From assembly GCA_963802695.1 (NCBI GenBank), contig CAWDJN010000008.1, positions 13,778 through 77,777 on the forward strand: a stretch of DNA of 64,000 nt, read 5' to 3'. Under the pieces are notes generated by a model that worked only from the letters and a program-made list of their open reading frames with translations, was not told the origin of the DNA and did no database searches. This document shows positions 29,840-38,839 of the stretch, in pieces; positions within the stretch are counted from its first letter, which is position 1, and every line of letters starts with the position of its first letter. Made by a program: the position numbers and the translations under genes. The stretch comes from an uncultured Acidobacteriaceae bacterium. GTDB taxonomy: Bacteria; Acidobacteriota; Terriglobia; Terriglobales; Acidobacteriaceae.

Positions 29840-31672
29840 TTACTCCGGTTTTGTGTTTGGCGTGTTATCGACTGATGATTGGACGCTTTCGGGGGCCCAT
29901 TGGGGCAGAAATTCACCGGAAGAAACAGAGTATTGACACGGGGCGCGGTGGACGGTGATCGGCGTGGGGTCCGATTGTGGTTTGGGGGTAAAGGGATTGA
30001 GAGCCGGATGCCATTCGAGGGTGGTTGCCTGCCAGGGGTTCGGCGGGGCCGGTTTGCCTTGGCGCAGGACTCGGATGAGATTGACGAGGAAGATGAGTTG
30101 GGCGGAGGCGAGGAAGAAAGCCGCGTAGGTGATATGGAGGTTGAGGGGGATCGTTTGGGAGAGGAGCTGGCCGGCGGGGCTTAGGTGGCCAGCGGGGCCG
30201 GGGATGCCGGTGAGCTGGGAGTAGTGGCGGGGTTCTCCGGCGAGGCCGGTGAGGTGCATGGGGAGGAATACAGCGTAGGCGCCGATTAGGGTTAACCAGA
30301 AGTGCCAGCGACCGAGTGTTTCGGATAGGAGACGGCCCGGACGAGTATGGGTTGAGGTGATGAGGGGGAACCAGTAGTAGGTGGCGGCGAAGAGACCGAA
30401 GATGCCAGCCATCGCCATGATGAGGTGGAAATGCGCGACGACGAAGACGGTGTTGTGGAGGTACTCGTCCAGAATGGGTTGGGCGAGGATCGGGCCGGTG
30501 AGGCCTCCGGTGATGAACAGGGAGACAAAGCCCAGGGCGAAGAGCATGGCTGTGGTGTATTGCGGCTTGGAGCGCCAAATGGTCGCTAGCCAGCTCAGGA
30601 CTTTGGCGGAGGCGGGAAGAGCGATGGCCATGGTGGAGATAGAGAAGGCGGAGCTGGCGAAGGGGTTGAGGCCGGCGACGAACATGTGGTGTCCCCAGAG
30701 AAGGATGCCGAGGAAGCCGATGAGGAGGGTGGTCGCGATCATCGTGCGGTAGGCGAAGACTTTGCGGTGGCTGAAGTTCGCCAGCAGCATGGAGGTGAGA
30801 CCCATGCCAGGCAAGATAGCGATGTAGACCTCGGGGTGTCCGAAAAACCAGAAGAGATGGAGCCAAAGGAGGGGGCTGCCGTCTCCTCCGCGGTGGAGGA
30901 CTCCGTTGACGAGGTCGCCGGTCGGGAGGAAGAAACTGGTGCCGGCGTGGCGATCGCAGAGCAAGAGCAGGATGGCGGCGAGTAGGACCGAGAAGGCGAG
31001 AATGCTAAGGAGGGCCGCGGTGAACCATCCCCAGACGGTGAGGGGGAGGCGCTCCCAGGTCATTCCGGGACAGCGGAGGCGGATGATTGTGGTGAGGGTG
31101 TTGATGGAACTGGCGGTGGAGGCGATGGCGAAGAGTGCTATGGAGATGAGCCAGAGGTCCATGCCTGCGGCTTGACCAGGGCCTGAGTTGGCTACTGCGC
31201 TCAATGGAGGGTATGCGGTCCAGCCGGAGATAGCAGCGCCTCCGGGGACGAAGGTGGAACCTAAGAGGGTGAGCAGTGCTATGGCTGTCAGCCAGAAGCT
31301 GGCGGCGTTGAGAATGGGAAAGGCCATGCGGGTGGCGCCGATTTGGGCAGGGAGGATGAGATTACCGAAGCCGGCCTGCGGGGCGGTGGTGAGGACGAAG
31401 AAGAGCATGATGGTGCCGTGAAAGGTGACCAGGGCGAGGTAGTCTTCGGGCAGGATAGGGCCGTGGAGCGGGAGTGGCCAGTTGGGCCAGACGAGGTGGA
31501 TGCGCATCAGAAGCGATAGGAGGGTGCCGATGACTACGGAGATGAGCGCAAGGATTAGGTACTGGATGCCAATGACGCGGTGGTCAGTGCTGAAGAGAGA
31601 GGGCCCAGGACTTAGGGAATAGCGGCTGGCGCGCTTGTCTGACTTTGGCGCTACGTTTCGGTTTGGAGTCAT
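29840..31672 (-). CDS. ctaD: Cytochrome c oxidase subunit I (A1-type)
   Basis: TFHGT, GWTAYPPLS, WFFGHPEVY, WGHHMF, AHFH. ATG 31672 overlaps the subunit II stop (TAATG). Confidence 0.93.
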   Translation of the reverse strand: MTPNRNVAPKSDKRASRYSLSPGPSLFSTDHRVIGIQYLILALISVVIGTLLSLLMRIHLVWPNWPLPLHGPILPEDYLALVTFHGTIMLFFVLTTAPQAGFGNLILPAQIGATRMAFPILNAASFWLTAIALLTLLGSTFVPGGAAISGWTAYPPLSAVANSGPGQAAGMDLWLISIALFAIASTASSINTLTTIIRLRCPGMTWERLPLTVWGWFTAALLSILAFSVLLAAILLLLCDRHAGTSFFLPTGDLVNGVLHRGGDGSPLLWLHLFWFFGHPEVYIAILPGMGLTSMLLANFSHRKVFAYRTMIATTLLIGFLGILLWGHHMFVAGLNPFASSAFSISTMAIALPASAKVLSWLATIWRSKPQYTTAMLFALGFVSLFITGGLTGPILAQPILDEYLHNTVFVVAHFHLIMAMAGIFGLFAATYYWFPLITSTHTRPGRLLSETLGRWHFWLTLIGAYAVFLPMHLTGLAGEPRHYSQLTGIPGPAGHLSPAGQLLSQTIPLNLHITYAAFFLASAQLIFLVNLIRVLRQGKPAPPNPWQATTLEWHPALNPFTPKPQSDPTPITVHRAPCQYSVSSGEFLPQWAPESVQSSVDNTPNTKPE

Positions 31673-32418
31673 TAGGGTGACTCCTTTTGGTGTGCGGCCA
31701 GCCAGGTTGCGAATTCGCTTGGAGGGACAATGCGGAGAGTTGCGTTCATGCGGTAGTGGCCGAGGCCGCAGAGTTGGGTGCAGAGGATGGCGTAGGTGCC
31801 CGGGGCGGTGGGGGTGAAGTGGACATGGATAGTTTGGCCGGGGACGGCGTTCTGCTTTAGGCGGAGTTCGGGGATGAAGAGGCCGTGGATGACGTCCTGG
31901 GCGTTGAGGCGGAGGTCTACCTCGCGGTCTGCGGGTAGAACCAGTTCGGAGGAGACTATGTCGTCGGGGGAGTGGGGGTCGGCGGGGTCCAGGCCGAGGG
32001 GATTGCCTTCGCCGGGGGCTACGAGTTGGGGGCGGGTGATGCCGAAGGTGGCGTCGGGGCCGGGATAGCGGAAGTACCAGGCGAACTGGACACCGGTGAC
32101 CTCGACCTGGAGGGCGGTGGGCGAGGGGCCGGTGTAGCGGGTGGCGGCCCAAAGGCGTTCGGCCTTCACGGTAAGGGTGGTGAATAGGAGGGCGAGCGCG
32201 ATGAGGGGGATGTACTCGACGTGGATCAGGTTGGTGGCTTCGGTGCGGCGGCGGAGGATGAGACCGGCGAGGAGGATTAGGTGGGCTAGAGAGGCTAGTG
32301 CCAGGGCTATCCAGAGGTTGAGAAGGAGGTGATGGTCGAGCGTGGGGCCGTGAGCGCTGGCGTCGGCGGGTAAGGGCCAGGAGAGAGTTGCCAGCGACGC
32401 GGTGAGGTTAGCGGCCAT
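31672..32418 (-). CDS. ctaC: Cytochrome c oxidase subunit II
   Basis: QFAWYFRY, DVIHG, CuA motif CTQLCGLGHYRM. Confidence 0.9.
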   Translation of the reverse strand: MAANLTASLATLSWPLPADASAHGPTLDHHLLLNLWIALALASLAHLILLAGLILRRRTEATNLIHVEYIPLIALALLFTTLTVKAERLWAATRYTGPSPTALQVEVTGVQFAWYFRYPGPDATFGITRPQLVAPGEGNPLGLDPADPHSPDDIVSSELVLPADREVDLRLNAQDVIHGLFIPELRLKQNAVPGQTIHVHFTPTAPGTYAILCTQLCGLGHYRMNATLRIVPPSEFATWLAAHQKESP

Positions 32419-33052
32419 GATTTTGGCGGGCTAGATTCTGATGAACAAGGTCGAGGAAGAGCTGATGGACGCGGGGGTCGTTGCTCAGTTCGGGGTGGAA
32501 GGTGGCGGCCAAGAGGTGGCCTTCGCGGACCAGGACTGGGAAGCCGTCGCGGGTGGCCAGGGTCTCGACGTTGGGGCCGGTGTGGGTGATGCGCGGGGCG
32601 CGGATGAAGACCATCTCTAGTGGGCCGCCGGGGAGTTTGGTTGGCGTGGAGATGATGGCGGAGTCGATCTGGCGGCCGTAGGCGTTGCGTTCGACGGTGA
32701 TGTCCATGACGGCGAGGGATTTCTGGCTGGGGTTCTGTACGTCTTTGGCGAGGAGGATCGCCCCGGCGCAGGTGCCGAAGGTGGGGGTGGTCTCGACGAA
32801 GGTCTGGAGGGTGTCGAGGAATCCACCGCGCTCGAGGAACTTTAGGAAGGTGGTGGATTCTCCGCCGGGGATGATGAGACCGTCGAGACCTTTGAGTTCG
32901 GCGGGAGTGCGGATGAGTTTTGCGGTGACGCCGAGCGCGGTGAGGGCTTTGGCATGGGCCTCGAATGCTCCCTGAAGGGCGAGGACTCCGATGGTCAGGG
33001 GTTCGGCCTGGGGGGTACCCCCCTCCCCGTCGATTTTGTGCAAAGTATTCAT
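32408..33052 (-). CDS. pdxT: PLP synthase glutaminase subunit
   Basis: GVLALQG, PGGESTT, GTCAG, RNAYGRQ, FIRAP, FHPE; likely ATG 33052. Confidence 0.93.
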   Translation of the reverse strand: MNTLHKIDGEGGTPQAEPLTIGVLALQGAFEAHAKALTALGVTAKLIRTPAELKGLDGLIIPGGESTTFLKFLERGGFLDTLQTFVETTPTFGTCAGAILLAKDVQNPSQKSLAVMDITVERNAYGRQIDSAIISTPTKLPGGPLEMVFIRAPRITHTGPNVETLATRDGFPVLVREGHLLAATFHPELSNDPRVHQLFLDLVHQNLARQNHGR

Positions 33053-33239
33053 AATGGAAATGTTAAGTCCGGACTTCGTGTTTTGATTATGGCAGAGTGC
33101 GGTTTCCTGATTGATGGGGGATGGTGCGTTCTTCGTTTGCCCCCTGTCTTCCATTATAGGTTTTGTCAACTGAGGACGATGATTCCCGGCAACCGCACAC
33201 TTGCCGACGAGTACAATCTGTGCGGGAAGGGAGGGCAAA

Positions 33240-33563
33240 ATGAACCACAGCGTTGACCTTTGGACCACGGGACAGATATCTCTCAGCAAAGGGAAGACAT
33301 CGACGCACTGGATCTCGTGGAAGGACGACGTTGCGCAGGAACAGTGGTGCCGCATAGCGCCTTCTTTTCCGAAGGGCTATCGGTCGCAGGTGGGATGGCG
33401 CCTGGAGATCGTCTCGGAAGGGACGTTTGTGGATGAGGACGGGACGAATAAGACCTACATCAAGATCAAGAACACATCGGGCGATGATGTCGCCGATGAA
33501 GGAGCGATTGTGTTTGTTTTGACACTTATGGCTTCTCCGAGCCACCACAAAGGAGGCGTATGA
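33240..33563 (+). CDS. Hypothetical beta-rich protein
   Basis: SD GGGAGG then ATG 33240; stop overlaps next start (ATGA). Confidence 0.65.
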   Translation: MNHSVDLWTTGQISLSKGKTSTHWISWKDDVAQEQWCRIAPSFPKGYRSQVGWRLEIVSEGTFVDEDGTNKTYIKIKNTSGDDVADEGAIVFVLTLMASPSHHKGGV

Positions 33564-33793
33564 GGGCCCGTGTTCTGTTTGATGATGGCGGCCGGATTAT
33601 TGCTATGATGCATCTTCCCGAGGAGCAATCGCAGGGACGGCATTCCATTGGCTTCGTTGCAGAGGCGGGCGAGCGTGTGGCGACTGTGGAGATTCCTGTT
33701 GAGCTTGAGGTTTTGAATGCGCGAGAGCTGCATGTGGTCAGCAGGGTCGATCTTAGTGGGGGCGAGCCGAGATTGATTGCGGCGAACAAATAG
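33560..33793 (+). CDS. Hypothetical protein (77 aa)
   Basis: SD AAGGAGG; translationally coupled to the upstream ORF. Confidence 0.7.
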   Translation: MRARVLFDDGGRIIAMMHLPEEQSQGRHSIGFVAEAGERVATVEIPVELEVLNARELHVVSRVDLSGGEPRLIAANK

Positions 33794-33907
33794 CAGCGGG
33801 GATGGAGCAGGGATAGCGGTAGGGTTCTGTCCATTGCAAGAGGATAATTTGCTATTTTATGGTAAGCTGTTTTTGTAGCTACAATTTGGTAGTTTATTGG
33901 ATTCGGT

Positions 33908-34210
33908 GTGCAGCGGTTCGAATGGGACGAAGCCAAGGCGAATATCAATCGCAAGAAGCATGGCATTGATTTCGAGGAAGCCGTGAAGGTATTTCTGGAT
34001 GAGTTCGCGCTTACGGAGATTGATCGAATGGTTGATGGTGAAGTTCGATGGCAGACAATCGGGATGTTGGGAGATCGCGCGATACTCGTCGTCGCACATA
34101 CGGTGAAAGAAGAGGAGACGGTTGAGATGGTGAGAATTATTTCGGCCCGACGAGCGGTGCCGTTAGAAAGGAGGCGCTATGGGCAAAATCGTTCGCAAAA
34201 CTCTAGATGA
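33908..34210 (+). CDS. brnT: BrnT-family ribonuclease toxin
   Basis: FEWDEAK...NRKKHGIDFEEA...RIISARRA. Confidence 0.92.
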   Translation: MQRFEWDEAKANINRKKHGIDFEEAVKVFLDEFALTEIDRMVDGEVRWQTIGMLGDRAILVVAHTVKEEETVEMVRIISARRAVPLERRRYGQNRSQNSR

Positions 34211-34496
34211 GGTAAGAAAAAAGCCAATCAACCAAGCCAGGTTGGCTGAGATTGCTGCGTTGCCGGACGATGAGATTGATCTCTCGGATATTCCGGAGCT
34301 TACGGAGAAGTTCTGGCAGAACGCTGTGCGGAATCCTTTCTATAAGCCGGTGAAGAAGCAGGTCACACTGCGGATTGACGCAGATATTCTGGCGTGGCTA
34401 CGGCAGCAAGGGAAAGACGGGTATCAGTCGCGGTTAAATGCGGTTTTGCGGCGGGTGATGCTGGAGGATTCGCGGGGTAAGCGGAAGCGGGCTTGA
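34179..34496 (+). CDS. brnA: BrnA-family antitoxin
   Basis: IDLSDIPEL, KKQVTLRIDADILAW...GYQSRLNAVLR. Confidence 0.92.
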   Translation: MGKIVRKTLDEVRKKPINQARLAEIAALPDDEIDLSDIPELTEKFWQNAVRNPFYKPVKKQVTLRIDADILAWLRQQGKDGYQSRLNAVLRRVMLEDSRGKRKRA

Positions 34497-34500
34497 CGAG

Positions 34501-35988
34501 CTAGAGGTATTGGCGTTCCTGGCGGCGGATCTCTTTGTAGCGCTGGAAGGCATGGTGCTTGTCTTCGATGCCGAGCATGGTGCGGAGTGTGGAACCGCGA
34601 TAGGTGTGGGCGGCCATTCCGGCTATGTTGCGGGTGACGAACCAGGGGTCGTGGAGAAATACGGCGGGGATGTGGCGGGTCTTCATGCCGCGCTCGGCGC
34701 TCCAGCGCATGTATTCGATTTCGTCGGCTGATAGGTGCTGGTTGTGGACGACGGAGGTGGTGCCGTCGTACTCCTCGAGGTGGTCGTTTTCGATGAGGTT
34801 GAGGCGGCGGAACTCGTCGGTCATCGGGGTTCGCGGGTAGGGCGTGGGGTGCTGGATGTAGGGCCAGTCGACGTATTGGCGGGCGAAGGCGAGGTTGGCC
34901 TCGATGGACTCGACTGTGTCGTTGGGGCTGCCGACGATGAGGCCTCCGATGACGTACATCTTGTTTTGATGAAGGTATTCGATTGCCTTGAGGGTTGCGT
35001 TGCCGGTGTTTTTGCCGTTGGTGCGGGCAGTGTTTTTTGCGGATGCGTTGAGGAAGGTGAGATCGCTGTCGAGGACATTTTCGATGCCGAGGAAGACGTA
35101 GCGGAAGCCGGCTCGGCGCATGAGGGGAGCGAGGGTTTCTCCGTGATTCGCTATGGCTGAGGTCATGCCTTGAACGAAGTAATCGAGCGTGTGGAGACCG
35201 GCGTTGATGATGGCGTGGCAGAGGGCTTCGAAGCGATGGACGTTGAGGGTGATGTTGTCGTCGACGAGAAAGATGGTGCGGGCGCCGTGGCTCTGCGCGT
35301 CGCGGATGTCGGCGATGACGCGGTCGAACCCGTAGGTGTGGAAGTTGCGGCCGCGCATTTCAATGATGGAGCAGAAGCTGCAGTCGTAGGTGCAGCCGCG
35401 TGAGGTTTCGACGACATCGGCCTGGCGTCCGAGGATGGTGTAACCCTTGAGGACGCGCGCTCTGCGATTGGGGAGGCGGATCTCGTCGTCTTCGATGCGG
35501 TGTGGAGCGCGGGGCTGGTTGTGGATCCACTTGCCTCTGGTGCGGTGCGAGAGTCCGGGGATGAAGTGGAGGTCGCTGCCGTATTCGAGGGCGCGCGTTA
35601 GTTCGCGGAAGGTGACTTCACCTTCGCCGCGCACGATGAAGTCGATGGGCATCGAGAGGTAGGCTTCGTGCGCGAGGCTTGGATCGTAGCCGCCGACTAC
35701 GATTTTTGTGTTGGGTTTGAGGGTGAGGATGAGTTGAATGATGCGCTCGGCGGTCCGGCGCTGGAAGGTCATGATGGAAAGGCCGACGAGGTCTGGCTGC
35801 AGGTCGCGAACGAGGCGGGTGACGGTCTCGCGTACGGTGCGCTGGCAGAGGATGAGGTCGGCGATGGCTACTTTGTGGTGGGGGTCAACGTTGCCGGCGA
35901 GCGAGGTTAATCCGCCGTTTGGCATGCGGATCGCGATTGGGGGCATGTGCTCGAAGGAGTCGGGCATGGAGAGCAGAAGGATGTTTAT
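34501..35988 (-). CDS. B12-binding domain radical SAM protein (probable ATA start at 35988; first ATG 35967)
   Basis: VVGGYDP, RGEGE, ETSRGCTYDCSFC (CxxxCxxC), DDN, GIE. Confidence 0.88.
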   Translation of the reverse strand: MNILLLSMPDSFEHMPPIAIRMPNGGLTSLAGNVDPHHKVAIADLILCQRTVRETVTRLVRDLQPDLVGLSIMTFQRRTAERIIQLILTLKPNTKIVVGGYDPSLAHEAYLSMPIDFIVRGEGEVTFRELTRALEYGSDLHFIPGLSHRTRGKWIHNQPRAPHRIEDDEIRLPNRRARVLKGYTILGRQADVVETSRGCTYDCSFCSIIEMRGRNFHTYGFDRVIADIRDAQSHGARTIFLVDDNITLNVHRFEALCHAIINAGLHTLDYFVQGMTSAIANHGETLAPLMRRAGFRYVFLGIENVLDSDLTFLNASAKNTARTNGKNTGNATLKAIEYLHQNKMYVIGGLIVGSPNDTVESIEANLAFARQYVDWPYIQHPTPYPRTPMTDEFRRLNLIENDHLEEYDGTTSVVHNQHLSADEIEYMRWSAERGMKTRHIPAVFLHDPWFVTRNIAGMAAHTYRGSTLRTMLGIEDKHHAFQRYKEIRRQERQYL

Positions 35989-36041
35989 GGGAACCTCCTT
36001 GGCTTCTCAGACCGCTTGCCGCCTGGTGGTTGTTTCTACGC

Positions 36042-36074
36042 CGACCGCGGATTTACACCGATGATACGGATTAA
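36042..36074 (+). repeat. 33-bp direct repeat, copy 1
   Basis: CGACCGCGGATTT-N11-ACGGATTAA; second copy at 37316-37348. Confidence 0.7.
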
Positions 36075-36080
36075 AGACAG

Positions 36081-36161
36081 GCAACAGCAAATACGAAATG
36101 CGGGGGTTCCTCCGCTACGCAACGGACGATAAAGCTGTCCGTCGCTTCGGTCGGAATGACG
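36081..36161 (+). repeat. REP-like element ending in ATGAC
   Basis: AAATGCGGGGGTTCCTCC...hairpin ACGGAC/GTCCGT...GCTTCGGTCGGAATGACG; similar to 40202-40260. Confidence 0.75.
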
Positions 36162-36199
36162 CCTGCTGTGATGCTGAATGCCTGCTGGTGTATGTGGTG

Positions 36200-37213
36200 C
36201 TACCAGCCGCGGGTTTGCATGAGGTTCTGCTCTTCGATGGCTGCGGCGGCTAGGCCTTTCATGGTCCCGGTGATCGACTCGCTGGCTTCGGCTACGATCT
36301 TGGGATCGTTGAAGTGAGTGGTTGCGATGACGATGGCGCGGGCTCGAGAGACGGCTTCGGCGCGCTCTTCCGGGTTGCGGTGGGTCCCGATATCCTGCGG
36401 GGCGCAGAGGCCTACGGCTGCGTCGTCCTTGGTCCAGAGCTCGACGTCGAGCGGGGTGGCGCGCTCCTTCATGAAGATGCCGGAGCCTACGAAGACGGTT
36501 TCGGCGCCTAGCTGCATCATGAGGGCGGCGTCGGCCGGTGTGGCGATGCCGCCAGCGCTGAAGTTCGGGACGGGGAGCTTGCCGGATTTGGCGACCATCT
36601 TGACGAGTTCGTATGGTGCGCCGTGGACCTTGGCTGCGTTGTAAAGCTCTTCGTCGCCCAGGACGGTGAGGGCTTTGATCTCGCGGACGATCTGACGCAT
36701 GTGCTGGACGGCGTGGACGACGTCGCCGGTGCCGGGCTCGCCCTTGGTGCGGATCATGGCTGCGCCTTCGGCGATGCGGCGGAGGGCTTCGCCGAGGTTG
36801 CGCGCGCCGCAGACGAACGGGGTGGTGAAGGCGTGCTTGTCGATGTGGTAGGTCTCGTCGGCGGGGGTGAGGACTTCGGACTCGTCGATGAAGTCTACGC
36901 CGAGTTCCTGGAGGACTTGCGCTTCGGCGAAGTGACCGATGCGGGCTTTGGCCATGACGGGGATGGTGACGGTGGCCATGATCTGCTTGATGAGCTTGGG
37001 GTTGGCCATGCGGGCTACGCCGCCTTCGGCGCGGATCATGGCGGGGACGCGCTCGAGTGCCATGACGGAGATGGCTCCGGCTTCTTCGGCGATGCGGGCC
37101 TGCTCGACGTTCATGACGTCCATGATGACGCCGCCTTTGAGCATCTCGGCGAGGCCGAGTTTGAGGCGGAGGGACGGGGTGCCGAAGTTGCCGTTCTGGG
37201 TGTGGTCTGCCAT
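36200..37213 (-). CDS. pdxS: PLP synthase lyase subunit
   Basis: [43 protein letters not shown]. Confidence 0.96.
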   Translation of the reverse strand: MADHTQNGNFGTPSLRLKLGLAEMLKGGVIMDVMNVEQARIAEEAGAISVMALERVPAMIRAEGGVARMANPKLIKQIMATVTIPVMAKARIGHFAEAQVLQELGVDFIDESEVLTPADETYHIDKHAFTTPFVCGARNLGEALRRIAEGAAMIRTKGEPGTGDVVHAVQHMRQIVREIKALTVLGDEELYNAAKVHGAPYELVKMVAKSGKLPVPNFSAGGIATPADAALMMQLGAETVFVGSGIFMKERATPLDVELWTKDDAAVGLCAPQDIGTHRNPEERAEAVSRARAIVIATTHFNDPKIVAEASESITGTMKGLAAAAIEEQNLMQTRGW

Positions 37214-37315
37214 GGGGTTCTCCTGAATTCTGTGTGGTGCGCGGCGGTGGACGCACAGTGCTGCTTGAGTTCCGCGAGACTTTTCAGTTTAGCAGTTTTG
37301 GGTGAGACGAAACGG

Positions 37316-37348
37316 CGACCGCGGATTTCAAGGATAAGAACGGATTAA
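37316..37348 (+). repeat. 33-bp direct repeat, copy 2
   Basis: Same consensus as 36042-36074. Confidence 0.7.
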
Positions 37349-37510
37349 GTACTTTTTGGGATGAAGGCGCTCGGGGTGTTGTTCAGGTTGGGTCGTGGGG
37401 GCAGAATTTGTTGGAAATTCAACTTGGGTTGACGTGTTTTGCGCGGTTGGGGGTTCATGCTTCGCGTACAGGGCGGTGTCTCTGCCGCTGAATTGCATAG
37501 GGAGGTTTGG

Positions 37511-38231
37511 ATGGGCGCTGAACTGACGATTGTGATTCCGGCGAAGAATGAGGCGAAGATGCTTCCGCTTTTGCTGGAGTCTTTGTGCCGGCAGGATTAT
37601 GAGGGGATGGCGGAGACCCGGGTGCTGGTGGCGGATGCGGGGTCGACTGATGGAACCCGGGAGATTGCGTTGGGATTTTGTGACCGGCTAAAGGTGGAGG
37701 TCGTGCCGGGTGGGCTGCCTTCGGTTGGACGGAATGCAGGGGCTCGGTTGGCGACTACGAAGTACGTGCTCTTTCTGGACGCGGATGTAGAGCTGCCTGG
37801 AACCTACTTTGTTGCGACGGGCGATGTGGCGGATGAGACGGCGGAGACTGCATCTGGCTACGACGAATATTGCTTGCCGGGAGGGTAGTTTTTTTGACGA
37901 CCTGCTGTATGCGGGGAGCAATTTGATGCAGCGGGTGGGATCGGTGACGAAGCCGTTCGCTACGGGGATGTTTATGCTGTTTGACCGCGAGGTCTTTTGG
38001 GCTTTGGGTGGGTTCAATGAGCAGGCGCTCTATGCTGAGGACTATCTGCTGTCGAAGGGCGTGGCGCGGATTCGGTTTCGGATCGTGCGTGGGCGGGTGC
38101 TGACGACGAACCGGCGATTTCAGAAGCTGGGGCATTGGCGCATGGTCTGGATGTTCTTCAAGACAATGCTGCATACGTGGGATGAGGAGTATTTTCTGGA
38201 GGACCAGGGGTATTGGGGTGAGGCTGGGTGA
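37511..38231 (+). CDS. Glycosyltransferase family 2 (one frameshift ~37800)
   Basis: IVIPAKNE, DAGSTDGT, RNAGA, FLDAD; then GGFNE...AED in the next frame. Confidence 0.8.
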
Positions 38232-38329
38232 AGTCGGAGGCGGCACAAAATTAGCTTGATACACTACATTGCAATGAACACGATGGGCCAAAGTATTTCG
38301 ACACCGTGGACGGGCGTGGAGAAGCAGAG

Positions 38330-38818
38330 ATGCGAATAAGAAAGGTCACTGCGCTGCTGTTGCTCAGTACTTTGATTGCGGCTATCTCTTCCAACAGTCT
38401 GGTCGCCGAGGATCTCCCCAAAGGGAGCACTGGTGTGCGGCTGATCTCGGACAAAAGTACGGGGACGATTCTTGTGGAGGCGTCGGTGAATGGGCAACCG
38501 GTCGTCATGATTCTTGACACGGGCGCCAGTCATTCGATGTTCGACGCGGGAATATTTGGAGTGTCGGCAGTGCAACTCCAAGAGGCACGAATGAATAGCC
38601 GAGGCCTGGGGCTCGATGCCGATGTTGTGGTGCGAACCGCCGATTTCGAGATAGGAGAGGAATCGTGGAAGCGGCAACCAATTGAGATTGCCGATCTGCA
38701 TCCTCTATCGAAGATTTATGGCAGGAGGATCGGAGGAATTATTGGACAGGATGTTCTTCGATCGTTTGTGAGTGTTCAGATTAATTACAAGGGCCAGTGC
38801 GTTATGTTTCAGCGGTAA
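38330..38818 (+). CDS. Secreted retropepsin-like aspartyl protease
   Basis: Signal peptide, ILDTGAS, GIIGQD. Confidence 0.82.
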   Translation: MRIRKVTALLLLSTLIAAISSNSLVAEDLPKGSTGVRLISDKSTGTILVEASVNGQPVVMILDTGASHSMFDAGIFGVSAVQLQEARMNSRGLGLDADVVVRTADFEIGEESWKRQPIEIADLHPLSKIYGRRIGGIIGQDVLRSFVSVQINYKGQCVMFQR

Positions 38819-38839
38819 CGGCGGGAAAGACAACTGCTC

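Noticed and set aside
31673-32152. N-terminal 160 aa of the 770-aa ORF
   Set aside because: Out-of-frame overlap with subunit II; real ctaD start is ATG 31672
33053-33355. Long N-terminal extension of pdxT in the ORF track
   Set aside because: Overlaps a better supported plus-strand ORF and has no PdxT character
36036-37256. 406-aa Arg/Pro-rich alternative-frame ORF over pdxS, and similar shadows elsewhere
   Set aside because: Produced by C-ending codon bias; low complexity and no motifs
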